NCBI GenBank assembly: GCA_965205975.1
Contig: OZ242195.1
Location: 3,168,001 to 3,232,000, forward strand
Direction: 5' to 3'
DNA: 64,000 nt
DNA from: Candidatus Latescibacterota bacterium
GTDB lineage: Bacteria; Latescibacterota; UBA2968
In this document: piece after piece, positions 8,137 to 16,896 of the stretch
Layout of the letters: each line of letters begins with the position of its first letter
Position numbering within the stretch: the first letter of the stretch is position 1
Program-made: the position numbers and the translations under genes
Notes under the pieces: generated by a model
What the model was told of the DNA's origin: nothing
The model's input: the letters and a program-made list of their open reading frames with translations, nothing else
Database searches by the model: none

Positions 8137-8786
8137 GCGGGCAATTCCACCTGTTCATCAAGCGCAATACAATGGTCAAAACTATCGGTAATACGATGAT
8201 CATGTGAGGCTACCACCAGAGTTGCCTCAACCTCTCGCGCCGATGACGTGAGCAAATCCAACACCTGCTTGCTGCGCGCGTCATCCAATCCAGATGTCGG
8301 TTCATCGGCCAATAATAATTGGGGGCGATTAACAACAGATCGGGCAATTGCCACGCGCTGTTGTTGACCAAAACTCAGTTCCGATGGATAAGCGTGTTCG
8401 CGACCTGCCAGACCGAGAGCCGCAAGCACCTGTTCGGCACGCGCTTTATCCTGCGGAACACCGGCCATATAATGCGCCATAAGCAAATTTTCCAGCACCG
8501 TAAAAACCGGGAACAGGTGAAATTGTTGAAAAACAATGCCAATGCGTTGCCCGCGAAATCGATCGCGAGCGGTCTCTGTCAGTGCATAAATATCCTGTTT
8601 GGCAATATGCACACTGCCCTGTGAGGGCTTTAACAAACCAGCTATAATATGCAAAAGCGTCGTCTTCCCGCTTCCCGATGGCCCGTGCAACAGCCATTTT
8701 TCATCGGGCTGGGCCTCAATATAATCTGGCAAGTCCAATACAAGACGACCACCATAAACATGCCCAACGTGTTTAAGTGCAAACAT
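8133..8786 (-). CDS. ABC transporter ATP-binding protein (LolD-like)
   Basis: Walker A GPSGSGKTT, signature LSFGQQQR, LLLADEPT. Confidence 0.9.
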   Translation of the reverse strand: MFALKHVGHVYGGRLVLDLPDYIEAQPDEKWLLHGPSGSGKTTLLHIIAGLLKPSQGSVHIAKQDIYALTETARDRFRGQRIGIVFQQFHLFPVFTVLENLLMAHYMAGVPQDKARAEQVLAALGLAGREHAYPSELSFGQQQRVAIARSVVNRPQLLLADEPTSGLDDARSKQVLDLLTSSAREVEATLVVASHDHRITDSFDHCIALDEQVELPA

Positions 8787-8860
8787 GAAATAGTATCCAA
8801 AAAATGCGATGTGTGACTTCAAAATGTGCCGTCAAAATCGAACGGATGAGGCAATTTCGG

Positions 8861-10099
8861 TCATGCTGACTCTTCGACCATGCGAAGCTCCGGAAACGGG
8901 TTCCGGAACCCTGCCCAGGTCTTGCTGTTAGCGGAGGCGAGGCGCTCGTCGAGCAGACACGCGTCGAGGCGAGCGCGCATCGACGCCTCGTGCATCTGCT
9001 GACCGATGAAGACGAGTTGCTGCGCGCGATCGCCGAAGCGAGGATGCCAGTCCGGATGCTGGTCAGGGCGCTGACCCTCGGGGTGACCCCAGTGTTCGCG
9101 AGGCACGGCCGCCCACCACATCCCAACGGGGTTCACATTGATGACGCCGCCGGCTTGAGACCACTCGTAGAGGACCCGATGGTCAGCGGCGACCCAGAAG
9201 AAGCCCTTCGAGCGGAGCACGCCGCTCCAGTTCTCGGCGTCGTGCAGGAGATCCCACAGTTTCTCGGCGTCGAAAGGCTGCGACGTCCGATAGGTGAAGC
9301 TCGAGATCCCGTACTCCTCGGTCTCAGGCGTGTGCTCACCCTGAAGCTCTCGAATCCAGCCGGCGGAGTGCGCCGCCTTCTCGTAGTCGAACAGGCCCGT
9401 GTCGAGCACGCATTCGAGCGGAACCTGTCCGCGCGTCGCCATGAGGACCTCCGCGCCGGGGTTGAACGCTTTCACGATGGCCTCGACCTCGAGAGCCTGA
9501 TCGTCGCTCACGAGATCGAGCTTGTTCAGCACGATGACGTCGGCGAACTCGATCTGGTCGATGAGCAAGTCGGTCACTGTCCGGTGATCTTCTTCGCCCA
9601 GCGACTCACCGCGGTCCTGGAGCGCCTCGGAGGCGGCGTAGTCCCGCAGGAAACTCGCAGCGTCCACGACTGTGACCATCGTGTCGAGGCGCGAAACCTG
9701 ACCCAGGCTCACACCGTTCTCGTCCTCGAAGGTGAAGGTCTGCGCGACGGGAATGGGCTCCGAGATCCCCGTGGACTCGATGAGCAGGTAGTCGAAGCGT
9801 CCCTCCTGCGCGAGCCGTGAGACCTCGGCGAGCAGGTCGTCTCGCAGCGTGCAGCAGATGCAGCCGTTCGACATCTCGACCAGCTTCTCCTCGGTCCGCG
9901 AGAGTTCCGCACCGCCGCGCTCAACGAGCGTCGCGTCGATGTTGACCTCGCTCATATCGTTGACGATGACCGCGACGCGCATGCCCTCGCGGTTGTTGAG
10001 CACGTTGTTGAGTAGAGTGGTCTTGCCTGCGCCGAGAAAGCCGGACAGGACAGTAACGGGAAGTCTCTCTGATAGGGGCACTTTAGTTTCCTTACTCAT
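8861..10099 (-). CDS. COG0523/CobW-family metallochaperone GTPase (ZigA/YciC-like)
   Basis: [28 protein letters not shown], CobW_C region LRSKGFFW. Confidence 0.95.
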   Translation of the reverse strand: MSKETKVPLSERLPVTVLSGFLGAGKTTLLNNVLNNREGMRVAVIVNDMSEVNIDATLVERGGAELSRTEEKLVEMSNGCICCTLRDDLLAEVSRLAQEGRFDYLLIESTGISEPIPVAQTFTFEDENGVSLGQVSRLDTMVTVVDAASFLRDYAASEALQDRGESLGEEDHRTVTDLLIDQIEFADVIVLNKLDLVSDDQALEVEAIVKAFNPGAEVLMATRGQVPLECVLDTGLFDYEKAAHSAGWIRELQGEHTPETEEYGISSFTYRTSQPFDAEKLWDLLHDAENWSGVLRSKGFFWVAADHRVLYEWSQAGGVINVNPVGMWWAAVPREHWGHPEGQRPDQHPDWHPRFGDRAQQLVFIGQQMHEASMRARLDACLLDERLASANSKTWAGFRNPFPELRMVEESA

Positions 10100-10488
10100 A
10101 CCGCATTGCCACACGCATCACAGGTTCCGAGCAATACCACCTCATGTCCCGTCATCTGAAACCCGTCTGGAACCAGGGAATCGAGGCCCTCGACGCAACC
10201 GAAGAGGTCAAACGCATGGTCGCAGGTCGAACAAAGAAAGTGATGGTGATGCTCGCGGTCCTTGGGCTCGTACCGAACGCCGCGGCCCAACACCTCAACT
10301 GCCTCCAGCGTGCCTTCCTCAACACCCCGTTGGAGCGCGCGATATACCGTGGCGAGACCGATACGCTCTCCCCTTCCGCTCAGGCGACTCCACAATTCCC
10401 TGGCGGATAGGGGGCCGTCCGCTTCGCCAAGGGCTCGCAAGACGGTCAGCTGCTGTTTCGCTCTCTGCTGTTGATTAGCTCTTTGCAT
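10096..10488 (-). CDS. Fur-family transcriptional regulator (Zur/Fur-like)
   Basis: [26 protein letters not shown]. Confidence 0.92.
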   Translation of the reverse strand: MQRANQQQRAKQQLTVLRALGEADGPLSARELWSRLSGRGERIGLATVYRALQRGVEEGTLEAVEVLGRGVRYEPKDREHHHHFLCSTCDHAFDLFGCVEGLDSLVPDGFQMTGHEVVLLGTCDACGNAV

Positions 10489-10494
10489 GAAGAA

Positions 10495-10523
10495 ATGATA
10501 ATCAATTCTCACATTATTGTCAA
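10495..10523 (-). promoter_or_regulatory. Sigma70 promoter with overlapping Fur-box-like dyad; probable leaderless transcript
   Basis: TTGACA (10523-10518)-17 nt-TATCAT (10500-10495)-6 nt-ATG; dyad TGATAAT-CA-ATTCTCA at 10496-10511. Confidence 0.7.
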
Positions 10524-10557
10524 GACTTAACAGATCGGTAAGGGTAGCGTATCTATG

Positions 10558-10622
10558 CTGTGCGTGTTCGCACGCAGACAGGTCGGAGGTTCCTTTACAA
10601 ATATTTACAGGGAACCCGACCG
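10558..10622. repeat. REP-like intergenic palindromes
   Basis: TGCGTG-TTCG-CACGCA hairpin followed by an imperfect GGTCGG..GGTTCC / GGAACCCGACC stem. Confidence 0.4.
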
Positions 10623-10704
10623 CCCTTCACGATGTTTAATTTAGACAAAAGCCGTAAACGGTTATATTTTGACGTATCTCGGATAGCAAAAAAGGAGCGA
10701 TCCA

Positions 10705-11484
10705 ATGCACACCAGATGGTTTTTCCTCTTCGCACTGTTCCTTACTGCCTGTATAGGTCCGTTGGATCCGAACAACTCCGAATACATTGAAATACGGGAA
10801 GTAACCGTCGGTCCTGCCCTGGCCAGATGCTATGGCGTGGGTGAACAGACCTGCATGATCGTTGACGGCTCATTATTCTACGACGGCATTGAAGGCTTCA
10901 ACTTCGAAGCGGGCTACAACTATCGCCTGCGGATCGGCATATACGACCCCTATAATGGGGGAGAACCCCCGCAGGATGCCGGCCAGTACAATTATCGCCT
11001 GCTGGAACAAATAGAAAAAGCCCCTGCGCCATCCACCCCTGCAACCATATCTGTGGGACCAACGCGAATAAAATGCGTGCAAAACGACGACTTTTGCCTG
11101 CTGATTAACGGTACGCCATACGACGACATCATCACCAGCTTTGAGTACGAAGCCGGGTATCACTATACCCTCAATGCAAACCAGTACAGCGATGGCCGAT
11201 ACGTATTGACTGAAATAGCCTCAAAAACCGAAGTGACGGGCACAGAAGAAGAAATAACCGTAGGACCCCACAGAACCCCATGCGGCGCCGTGTACTGCAA
11301 CGTCGTCAATGGCGAAGCCTTCCTTAGTGAAATCGTGAACTTCCAGCCCCGGCACAACTACAGCTACCGCCTGCGAGTCGAACGATTCGACCTGTTTACC
11401 AATAACACAACCCCGCCGTCATCCAACATCCCAACCTACGGCTATCGCTGGCTGGAAACCCTCGATCAGAGCGCCAACAATTGA
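10705..11484 (+). CDS. Lipoprotein with three DUF4377-like repeats
   Basis: LTAC lipobox; three units of the form VGP...C...C...I.GF..EAGY.Y.L. Confidence 0.75.
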   Translation: MHTRWFFLFALFLTACIGPLDPNNSEYIEIREVTVGPALARCYGVGEQTCMIVDGSLFYDGIEGFNFEAGYNYRLRIGIYDPYNGGEPPQDAGQYNYRLLEQIEKAPAPSTPATISVGPTRIKCVQNDDFCLLINGTPYDDIITSFEYEAGYHYTLNANQYSDGRYVLTEIASKTEVTGTEEEITVGPHRTPCGAVYCNVVNGEAFLSEIVNFQPRHNYSYRLRVERFDLFTNNTTPPSSNIPTYGYRWLETLDQSANN

Positions 11485-11489
11485 AGCCC

Positions 11490-12569
11490 CTACGAAAACG
11501 CCTGACTCATATTTTTCCGATGCAAAATAAACCAGACCACAATCGGCGCGCCAATCAGGGACGTCACCGCATTCAGCGGCAAAACAAATTGACTACCCGG
11601 CAAATGGGCGATCAGATCGGATAGCAGCGCCAGCGTCGCCCCCAGGCAAGTAACCGCAGGCATAAGCACGCGATGATCCGACGTATGCAACAGACTGCGG
11701 CAAAGATGCGGCACAGCCAAACCCAAAAACGCAATCGGACCGCAAAAAGCAGTGGTTGCGCCCGCCAGAATCGACGCACTGACCAAAATCCACAAGCGAA
11801 TGCGTTTGACATTCAAGCCCATACTACGCGCATAATTTTCCCCCAGCAACAGCGCATTGAGCGGCTTAATACACAAAAACGCCAGCAACAGACCCACCAA
11901 AATAGCAGAAATGAGCACAGGCATTTGTCGCCATGTCACACTCCCAAAACTGCCAAAAGTCCACAAAATGTACGACTGTATCTGTTCGGGAACGCTAAAA
12001 TAAATCAGAATACTGACAAAAGCCCCCGTCGCGTACCCAAACATCAACCCCAAAATCAGCAACGTCATCACACTCTGCACACTGCGAGACACCAGCAACA
12101 CGCACCCCAACACAGCGGCTGCACCCATAATAGCCGCAACCGCCAAACCCAAATCGCCCAGAAAGCCCAACCCCGCGATAAGCACACTACCGACCGAACC
12201 CACCGTCAGCACCACAATAGCAACGCCGAGACTCGCGCCGGCACTGATACCCAGCACAAAAGGATCAGCCAGCGGATTGCGAAAAAGCGTTTGCATCTGC
12301 AACCCACTCACGGAAAGCGCCGCACCTGCCAGCACAGCGGTAATCGCCTTCGGCAGTCGAATCGTATGAACAATAATCGCCCACGCCGGAGAAAACACTT
12401 CTCCGCCCGTAAGAATGCCGAACAAGCCCGCCAATGGAATATGAACTGACCCCAGCGACAAACTCAAGCCGAACGCGACCAGGAGCATTAAAAATAACCC
12501 CAGCATAATAACCGCGTGCCGCGACCTCCCCTGCGGTTCATCTTTACTTTGATTCTCTATCCCGACCAT
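11490..12569 (-). CDS. FecCD/BtuC-family ABC permease
   Basis: IRLPKAITA, FRNPLADPFVLGIS, GPIAFLGLAVPH. Confidence 0.92.
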   Translation of the reverse strand: MVGIENQSKDEPQGRSRHAVIMLGLFLMLLVAFGLSLSLGSVHIPLAGLFGILTGGEVFSPAWAIIVHTIRLPKAITAVLAGAALSVSGLQMQTLFRNPLADPFVLGISAGASLGVAIVVLTVGSVGSVLIAGLGFLGDLGLAVAAIMGAAAVLGCVLLVSRSVQSVMTLLILGLMFGYATGAFVSILIYFSVPEQIQSYILWTFGSFGSVTWRQMPVLISAILVGLLLAFLCIKPLNALLLGENYARSMGLNVKRIRLWILVSASILAGATTAFCGPIAFLGLAVPHLCRSLLHTSDHRVLMPAVTCLGATLALLSDLIAHLPGSQFVLPLNAVTSLIGAPIVVWFILHRKNMSQAFS

Positions 12570-12613
12570 CCTCTCATCCTATTTTAGACAGGAATTTTCA
12601 TCCGCATCCATCT

Positions 12614-12654
12614 GTTCATCGGTGTTCATCTGCGTTCATCTGCGTTCATCTGCG
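12614..12654. repeat. Decamer tandem repeat (GTTCATCTGC family)
   Basis: gttcatcggt gttcatctgc gttcatctgc gttcatctgc. Confidence 0.75.
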
Positions 12655-13645
12655 GATACCTTTCAGTGCCGCAATCAAATCGGCAATCGAATCGCATTCC
12701 CGAACCACGCCAGCGCGCTCAACACACCAGGCCCCCTTCCCGAATATTGACGCACCACTCAGCCCCCGCATCTCCCACTTGAAACCCCGCCCTCTCCAGC
12801 GCGCGCCTGGTCCAATACGCACGGCGTCCTTCCCCAGACACAGCAACTGAGGCGTGACCGCGTTGGGCATTGAGCTTAAACGCACCCGTATCCGCGTCAA
12901 AACGCACACCATCACTCTGAAACGCGCCTTCAAAAGCACCATTGAGAATTAAATCCTCAGGCGCGCCAGTCTGCAACCCGCCCTCAAAAGGCAAAAGATA
13001 GATGCGATCTGCACAGCGCAGTGCCAGATCCAAATCGTGCGTCGAAAGCAGAATCGCCTTACCGGTAGAATGTGCCAGATCCTGCAACAAAGCCATAATC
13101 TCAGCGCGGCGGGGCAGATCGAGAAAAGCCGTAGGTTCATCCAGAATCATAAGACCGGGCTGCTGCGCCAGCGCGCGTGCAATCATAACCTTTTGACGCT
13201 CGCCATCGCTGAGTTCGGTCACATTGCGATATGTTAAATCCTCAGCGCGAGCTGCCCGAATAGCCCAGGAAACAACCCGTTCATCTTCATCTGTAAAGCG
13301 TCCGATCCAATCCGTATGGGGATATCGTCCCAGACCGACCAGATCGCGCACAGCCATAATACCAACACCAATGCGGTCCGTAAGCACCACGCTAATCACC
13401 TGGGCAACTTCTGTAGCAGACATATCCGCGATATCCCGCCCCATAAGACAAACATGCCCATCGAGCGGCGGCTGCATTCCCACAAGCGTGCGAATAAGCG
13501 TGGACTTCCCCGCACCATTGGGACCGAGCAAACACACAAACTCACCGCGATGGAGCGACACATCTATATCGCGTGCCACAACGCGAGGCGGACGACGACC
13601 GTATTTGTAACCCACAGCGAGATTTTGTGTTTTGAGAATCGCCAT
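12646..13645 (-). CDS. FecE/BtuD-family ABC ATPase; called ORF stops at 12719, probable frameshift at the C5 run 12732-12736 extends it to 12646
   Basis: GPNGAGKST, LSDGERQK, ILDEPT; removing one G gives ...EGAWCVERAGVVRECDSIADLIAALKGIRR*. Confidence 0.85.
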
Positions 13646-13743
13646 TTTCCATCCGAGTGAACAAAAAAACGGGTCGCGCCTTTTCTTCTGTATTCACGAA
13701 ACCCGTCTCTTGTAATTGCTCGTATCAATCTGCGTGCTGTCAG
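13646..13743 (-). pseudogene. HicA-like toxin remnant
   Basis: Manual translation LTARRLIRAITRDGFREYRRKGATRFFVHSDGK resembles the HicA N-half; no start codon; lies downstream of hicB across the IS. Confidence 0.6.
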
Positions 13744-13900
13744 TCAACCACCCACGGTTAAAGCCTGTGGGCTTGTCCCTGCCGCGTCACATCCCCGGGC
13801 AGTTGCCCACCATTGGGGCACGGCGAGACTTTAGGCTTGTTGACACAAAGCCCTTGCTCGGATGTTCCGAGCAGCGTTGCGGTCGGCGTGGTCTTGATGG
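13743..13900 (-). ncRNA. Putative TnpB omegaRNA/reRNA scaffold (5' boundary uncertain)
   Basis: Expected position over the tnpB 3' end and right end; terminal hairpin visible. Confidence 0.5.
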
Positions 13901-14922
13901 CCACACGCTTTGCAAAGGAAGGATGTTTGGTCTTGTCTATTGGCTTTCTCACAGTGTCCACACTCGGCACACGTTTGGCTGGTGTATTTCGGATCCACAG
14001 GGATCACGGAAATGCCAGCACGTCTTGCTTTGTATTCAACGAATGTGCGAAGCTGGAAGAAAGACCACCCAGACATTTTAGCACGCTGAGGCTTGCGAAA
14101 CCGTTTCTGGCTCTTGCGGATGCCTTCGAGGTCTTCAAGAGCAATCGCTTTGCCAGTGTCTTTAGCCTTCTCAACCATGCGTTTGGAGATGATGTGGTTG
14201 GTATTTCTACGAAACCTGCTCTCTCTGCCGGAGAGTAGGGAGAGTTTTCTGCGAACATTCTTGGGTCTCTTGCCTTGCTTGACAAGGGCAGACGCTTTCT
14301 GCTGGAGCGACTTTTTCAGATCGTGCATCTTCTGTCGGACATTTTCAACCGTGTCGCCAGAAAATGTTTCACCATCGTCTGTAACAGCAAGGTTGGTGGT
14401 GCCGAGATCAACGCCAATGAAGTCTGTCGTCAGTATCGGCGTGCCGTCGGGTACATCGACAGAGACAAGCAGAAACCACTTGCCGTCTTTGCGGAGCACA
14501 AGGTCTGCCTGTCCTTTGGCATAGCCAAACTGCTCACGCTGATAGTTGCCCATCAACATTGGCACAAGAACACGCCCTTCAAGCGTCAGCAAAGAAACAC
14601 GGTCTATGCCCTTGAAACTATACAGGCGTTGATCATACGGTATGCTTGCATGCTTACGGAACGATGGTTGCACTGACTTATCGCGCTTATACGCCTCTAC
14701 AACTTGAGCAATACAGCGAATAGCCATTTGTGCAGAGAGACCAAACAAGCGGCGTAAGTCTGAGTAGCATAGCTTTTGTAGTGCAAACTTATTCGCCAGC
14801 TTGCGCTCATAAGCCTTCAGAGCAAGCCAATTGGCGGCTTCGTTGAACCGCTCAATAGTGGCTTTTAGCTTCTGTGCTGTAGCAACATCTGGCAACAGTT
14901 GTATTTGAAGTGTCAGTTTCAT
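13831..14922 (-). CDS. tnpB: RNA-guided endonuclease TnpB
   Basis: RuvC motifs IGVDLG, IALEDL, HADRNAARNI; zinc ribbon CAECG/CKACG. Confidence 0.95.
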   Translation of the reverse strand: MKLTLQIQLLPDVATAQKLKATIERFNEAANWLALKAYERKLANKFALQKLCYSDLRRLFGLSAQMAIRCIAQVVEAYKRDKSVQPSFRKHASIPYDQRLYSFKGIDRVSLLTLEGRVLVPMLMGNYQREQFGYAKGQADLVLRKDGKWFLLVSVDVPDGTPILTTDFIGVDLGTTNLAVTDDGETFSGDTVENVRQKMHDLKKSLQQKASALVKQGKRPKNVRRKLSLLSGRESRFRRNTNHIISKRMVEKAKDTGKAIALEDLEGIRKSQKRFRKPQRAKMSGWSFFQLRTFVEYKARRAGISVIPVDPKYTSQTCAECGHCEKANRQDQTSFLCKACGHQDHADRNAARNIRARALCQQA

Positions 14923-15037
14923 ATTGAGAAATATAGTCAATAAGGATGAGGCCTTCAAGGGGCAAATTGCTAAAGCACACCAAAACCGTAAGCCCTCCGC
15001 CATGCGACCCAACGCTAAAGCTCTCTGCGAGTGGGCT

Positions 15038-15277
15038 TCACGGGCTATTGGGTGAAGAAGGCTCAGAAGGAATCTCTTCGCCATTCTCCAGCAGATACGC
15101 AACAAGAAGATCAACAGCGTTTTCTAAATTCTCTAACGCCTCTTTCTCGGTATATCCCCAACTCGCAGCCCCTCTATGTTCCAACGCGGGAATATAAGCT
15201 CTCCAGACCGCTTTCCCATCCGGCTCATCGGGCCACTTGTCTTTCTCCAAGACAGCCTTAAATAAATATGTTTTCAT
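15038..15277 (-). CDS. hicB: HicB-family antitoxin, C-terminus probably truncated by the IS
   Basis: AYIPALEHRGAASWGYTEKEALENL...GEEIP; stop codon lies in the IS left-end region. Confidence 0.8.
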   Translation of the reverse strand: MKTYLFKAVLEKDKWPDEPDGKAVWRAYIPALEHRGAASWGYTEKEALENLENAVDLLVAYLLENGEEIPSEPSSPNSP

Positions 15278-15306
15278 ATATTTTCCTCAGAATGACTACT
15301 CCACTA

Positions 15307-16896
15307 CTATTTTGTCAGCAACATCTTGCGCGTGACCACATCTGTCCCGGCTTGTAAGCGATACACATACAAGCCCGTACTCACCTGACGCCCAGCAGCA
15401 TCACGCCCATCCCACACGACCGTATAATTTCCCGTGGACTGGAACTGCTGAACCAGCAACCGAATTTCCTGCCCCAGTACATTGTAGATCGTCAATCGTA
15501 CATTCACTGCATCGCCCAAAGAATAGCGAATAGTCGTCGCTGGATTAAACGGATTCGGATGATTCTGATCCAATGAAGCTACAAAAGGATTGATAAAACG
15601 CACATCACCGTTCAAATTGACCTCATAAGTCACGCGGCTTCCGGGCACTATTGGAATACTGGACCACCTCGCAATGGTCGCACCATCTGCCGAACGCACG
15701 CGCGCCTGATACATGCCATTCACACGCCTCTGGTCATCCGCCATCACCCTCACCACAGCACGCCCCATCTCATCTGTCGTATTATGCCACGCATAATTGG
15801 GCACGCGACCGGCAATCGAGCGAGAAACCTCCACCGCCAAACCGCTCACATTGCCATCGCCTACAACCTGCACATCCACCAGACCAGCACCTTCGAACGC
15901 CGTATCGGACTCCAGGTAAATACCAGCACCCACAATAAAAACCCGACCGAAGATGTTAAGCGGGATCACATAGCTCTGCTTGGGCGATTGGGTGTCTTCA
16001 TCTCCTTCTATCGCCGGATTGTCCCAATAATACTTAACAAAACCGCCGCCCGCTGTCGCCGTCGCGATAATCTCCTGCACAATTTTGACCCCATTAACAT
16101 CTTCGACATCAATCATATTTTGCCCATAAGAACTCGGATCAGCGGTCCCGTGAAAGATCAATACACCGCTGGTATCTATCACAAAAATGTAGATCGAACC
16201 ATACTTGAAATCCTCTCCCTCGGTCCTGATTGCAGCCTGGACGGTTGCCAGATAGGGATAACCCTTTTCCTCAATAATGGGAACGAGAACTCTCAACCCC
16301 TCTACAAAAGCTTTCAGCGTTTCCTTATCCTTCACATCACGGGCTGTTACCTCCAGGATATCAAAGATATTTGGCTCCGCGTCAACGCCGGACAGATCCA
16401 TATAAAAGCCAGCAGCTACGATCAACTCGAGACCGCGTATAGTAACCGGAGCAGCGTAAGTCAGCTTGGGCGAATCGGCATCTCCTTCCACCGCTGGATC
16501 ATCCCAATAATACTCGACAAAACCGCCGCCGCCAGCGGCTGCGGCGAGCATATCCTGGACAACCTTAACGCCTCTGGCATCTTCGAGATCAAGTACATTT
16601 TTATCCTCAAACGTCACGTCGTCCCCGTGAAATTGCACGAGACCTTCGGAAGTCAATACCACGAGATACATCGAACCGGCCTTCCAATCTCCCTCGCTCC
16701 TGAACACCTCCACTAATCTCGAGACCTCAGCAAAGTTAGCGGCGCTCTCTAAGGAATCCTTTGCCCCTTCTACAAAAGCTTTCAGAGTCTCTCGGTCCAC
16801 CACCTCACTCGCCGTTACCTCCTGACCCTGTACAACGGCAGGATGCACGACAAAAAAGAGACTGGCCAGCCCCAAAATAATTATCAAATATTTCAC
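15307..16896 (-). CDS. Secreted protein with two Cache-like domains, an unnamed module and a FlgD/T9SS-like C-terminal domain
   Basis: Duplicated ETLKAFVEG...GSxYxxV...GGGFVxYYWDxPA; NHPNPFNPATTIRYSL...IYNVLGQEIR tail. Confidence 0.85.
   Translation of the reverse strand: MKYLIIILGLASLFFVVHPAVVQGQEVTASEVVDRETLKAFVEGAKDSLESAANFAEVSRLVEVFRSEGDWKAGSMYLVVLTSEGLVQFHGDDVTFEDKNVLDLEDARGVKVVQDMLAAAAGGGGFVEYYWDDPAVEGDADSPKLTYAAPVTIRGLELIVAAGFYMDLSGVDAEPNIFDILEVTARDVKDKETLKAFVEGLRVLVPIIEEKGYPYLATVQAAIRTEGEDFKYGSIYIFVIDTSGVLIFHGTADPSSYGQNMIDVEDVNGVKIVQEIIATATAGGGFVKYYWDNPAIEGDEDTQSPKQSYVIPLNIFGRVFIVGAGIYLESDTAFEGAGLVDVQVVGDGNVSGLAVEVSRSIAGRVPNYAWHNTTDEMGRAVVRVMADDQRRVNGMYQARVRSADGATIARWSSIPIVPGSRVTYEVNLNGDVRFINPFVASLDQNHPNPFNPATTIRYSLGDAVNVRLTIYNVLGQEIRLLVQQFQSTGNYTVVWDGRDAAGRQVSTGLYVYRLQAGTDVVTRKMLLTK

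Larger units (their letters stand above)
13743..15046 (-). mobile_element. IS200/IS605-family element, tnpB only (IS1341-like); left boundary approximate
   Basis: Right end AAGCCCACAGGCTTTAACCGTGGGTGGTTGAC; related hairpin at 15007-15038; no tnpA. Confidence 0.85.

Noticed and set aside
8990..9820. 276-aa plus-strand ORF
   Set aside because: Antisense shadow of the GC-rich COG0523 gene; no motifs
14923..15114. 64-aa N-terminal extension of TnpB in the ORF track
   Set aside because: Runs through the IS left end and hicB; the family-like start is MKLTLQ at 14922
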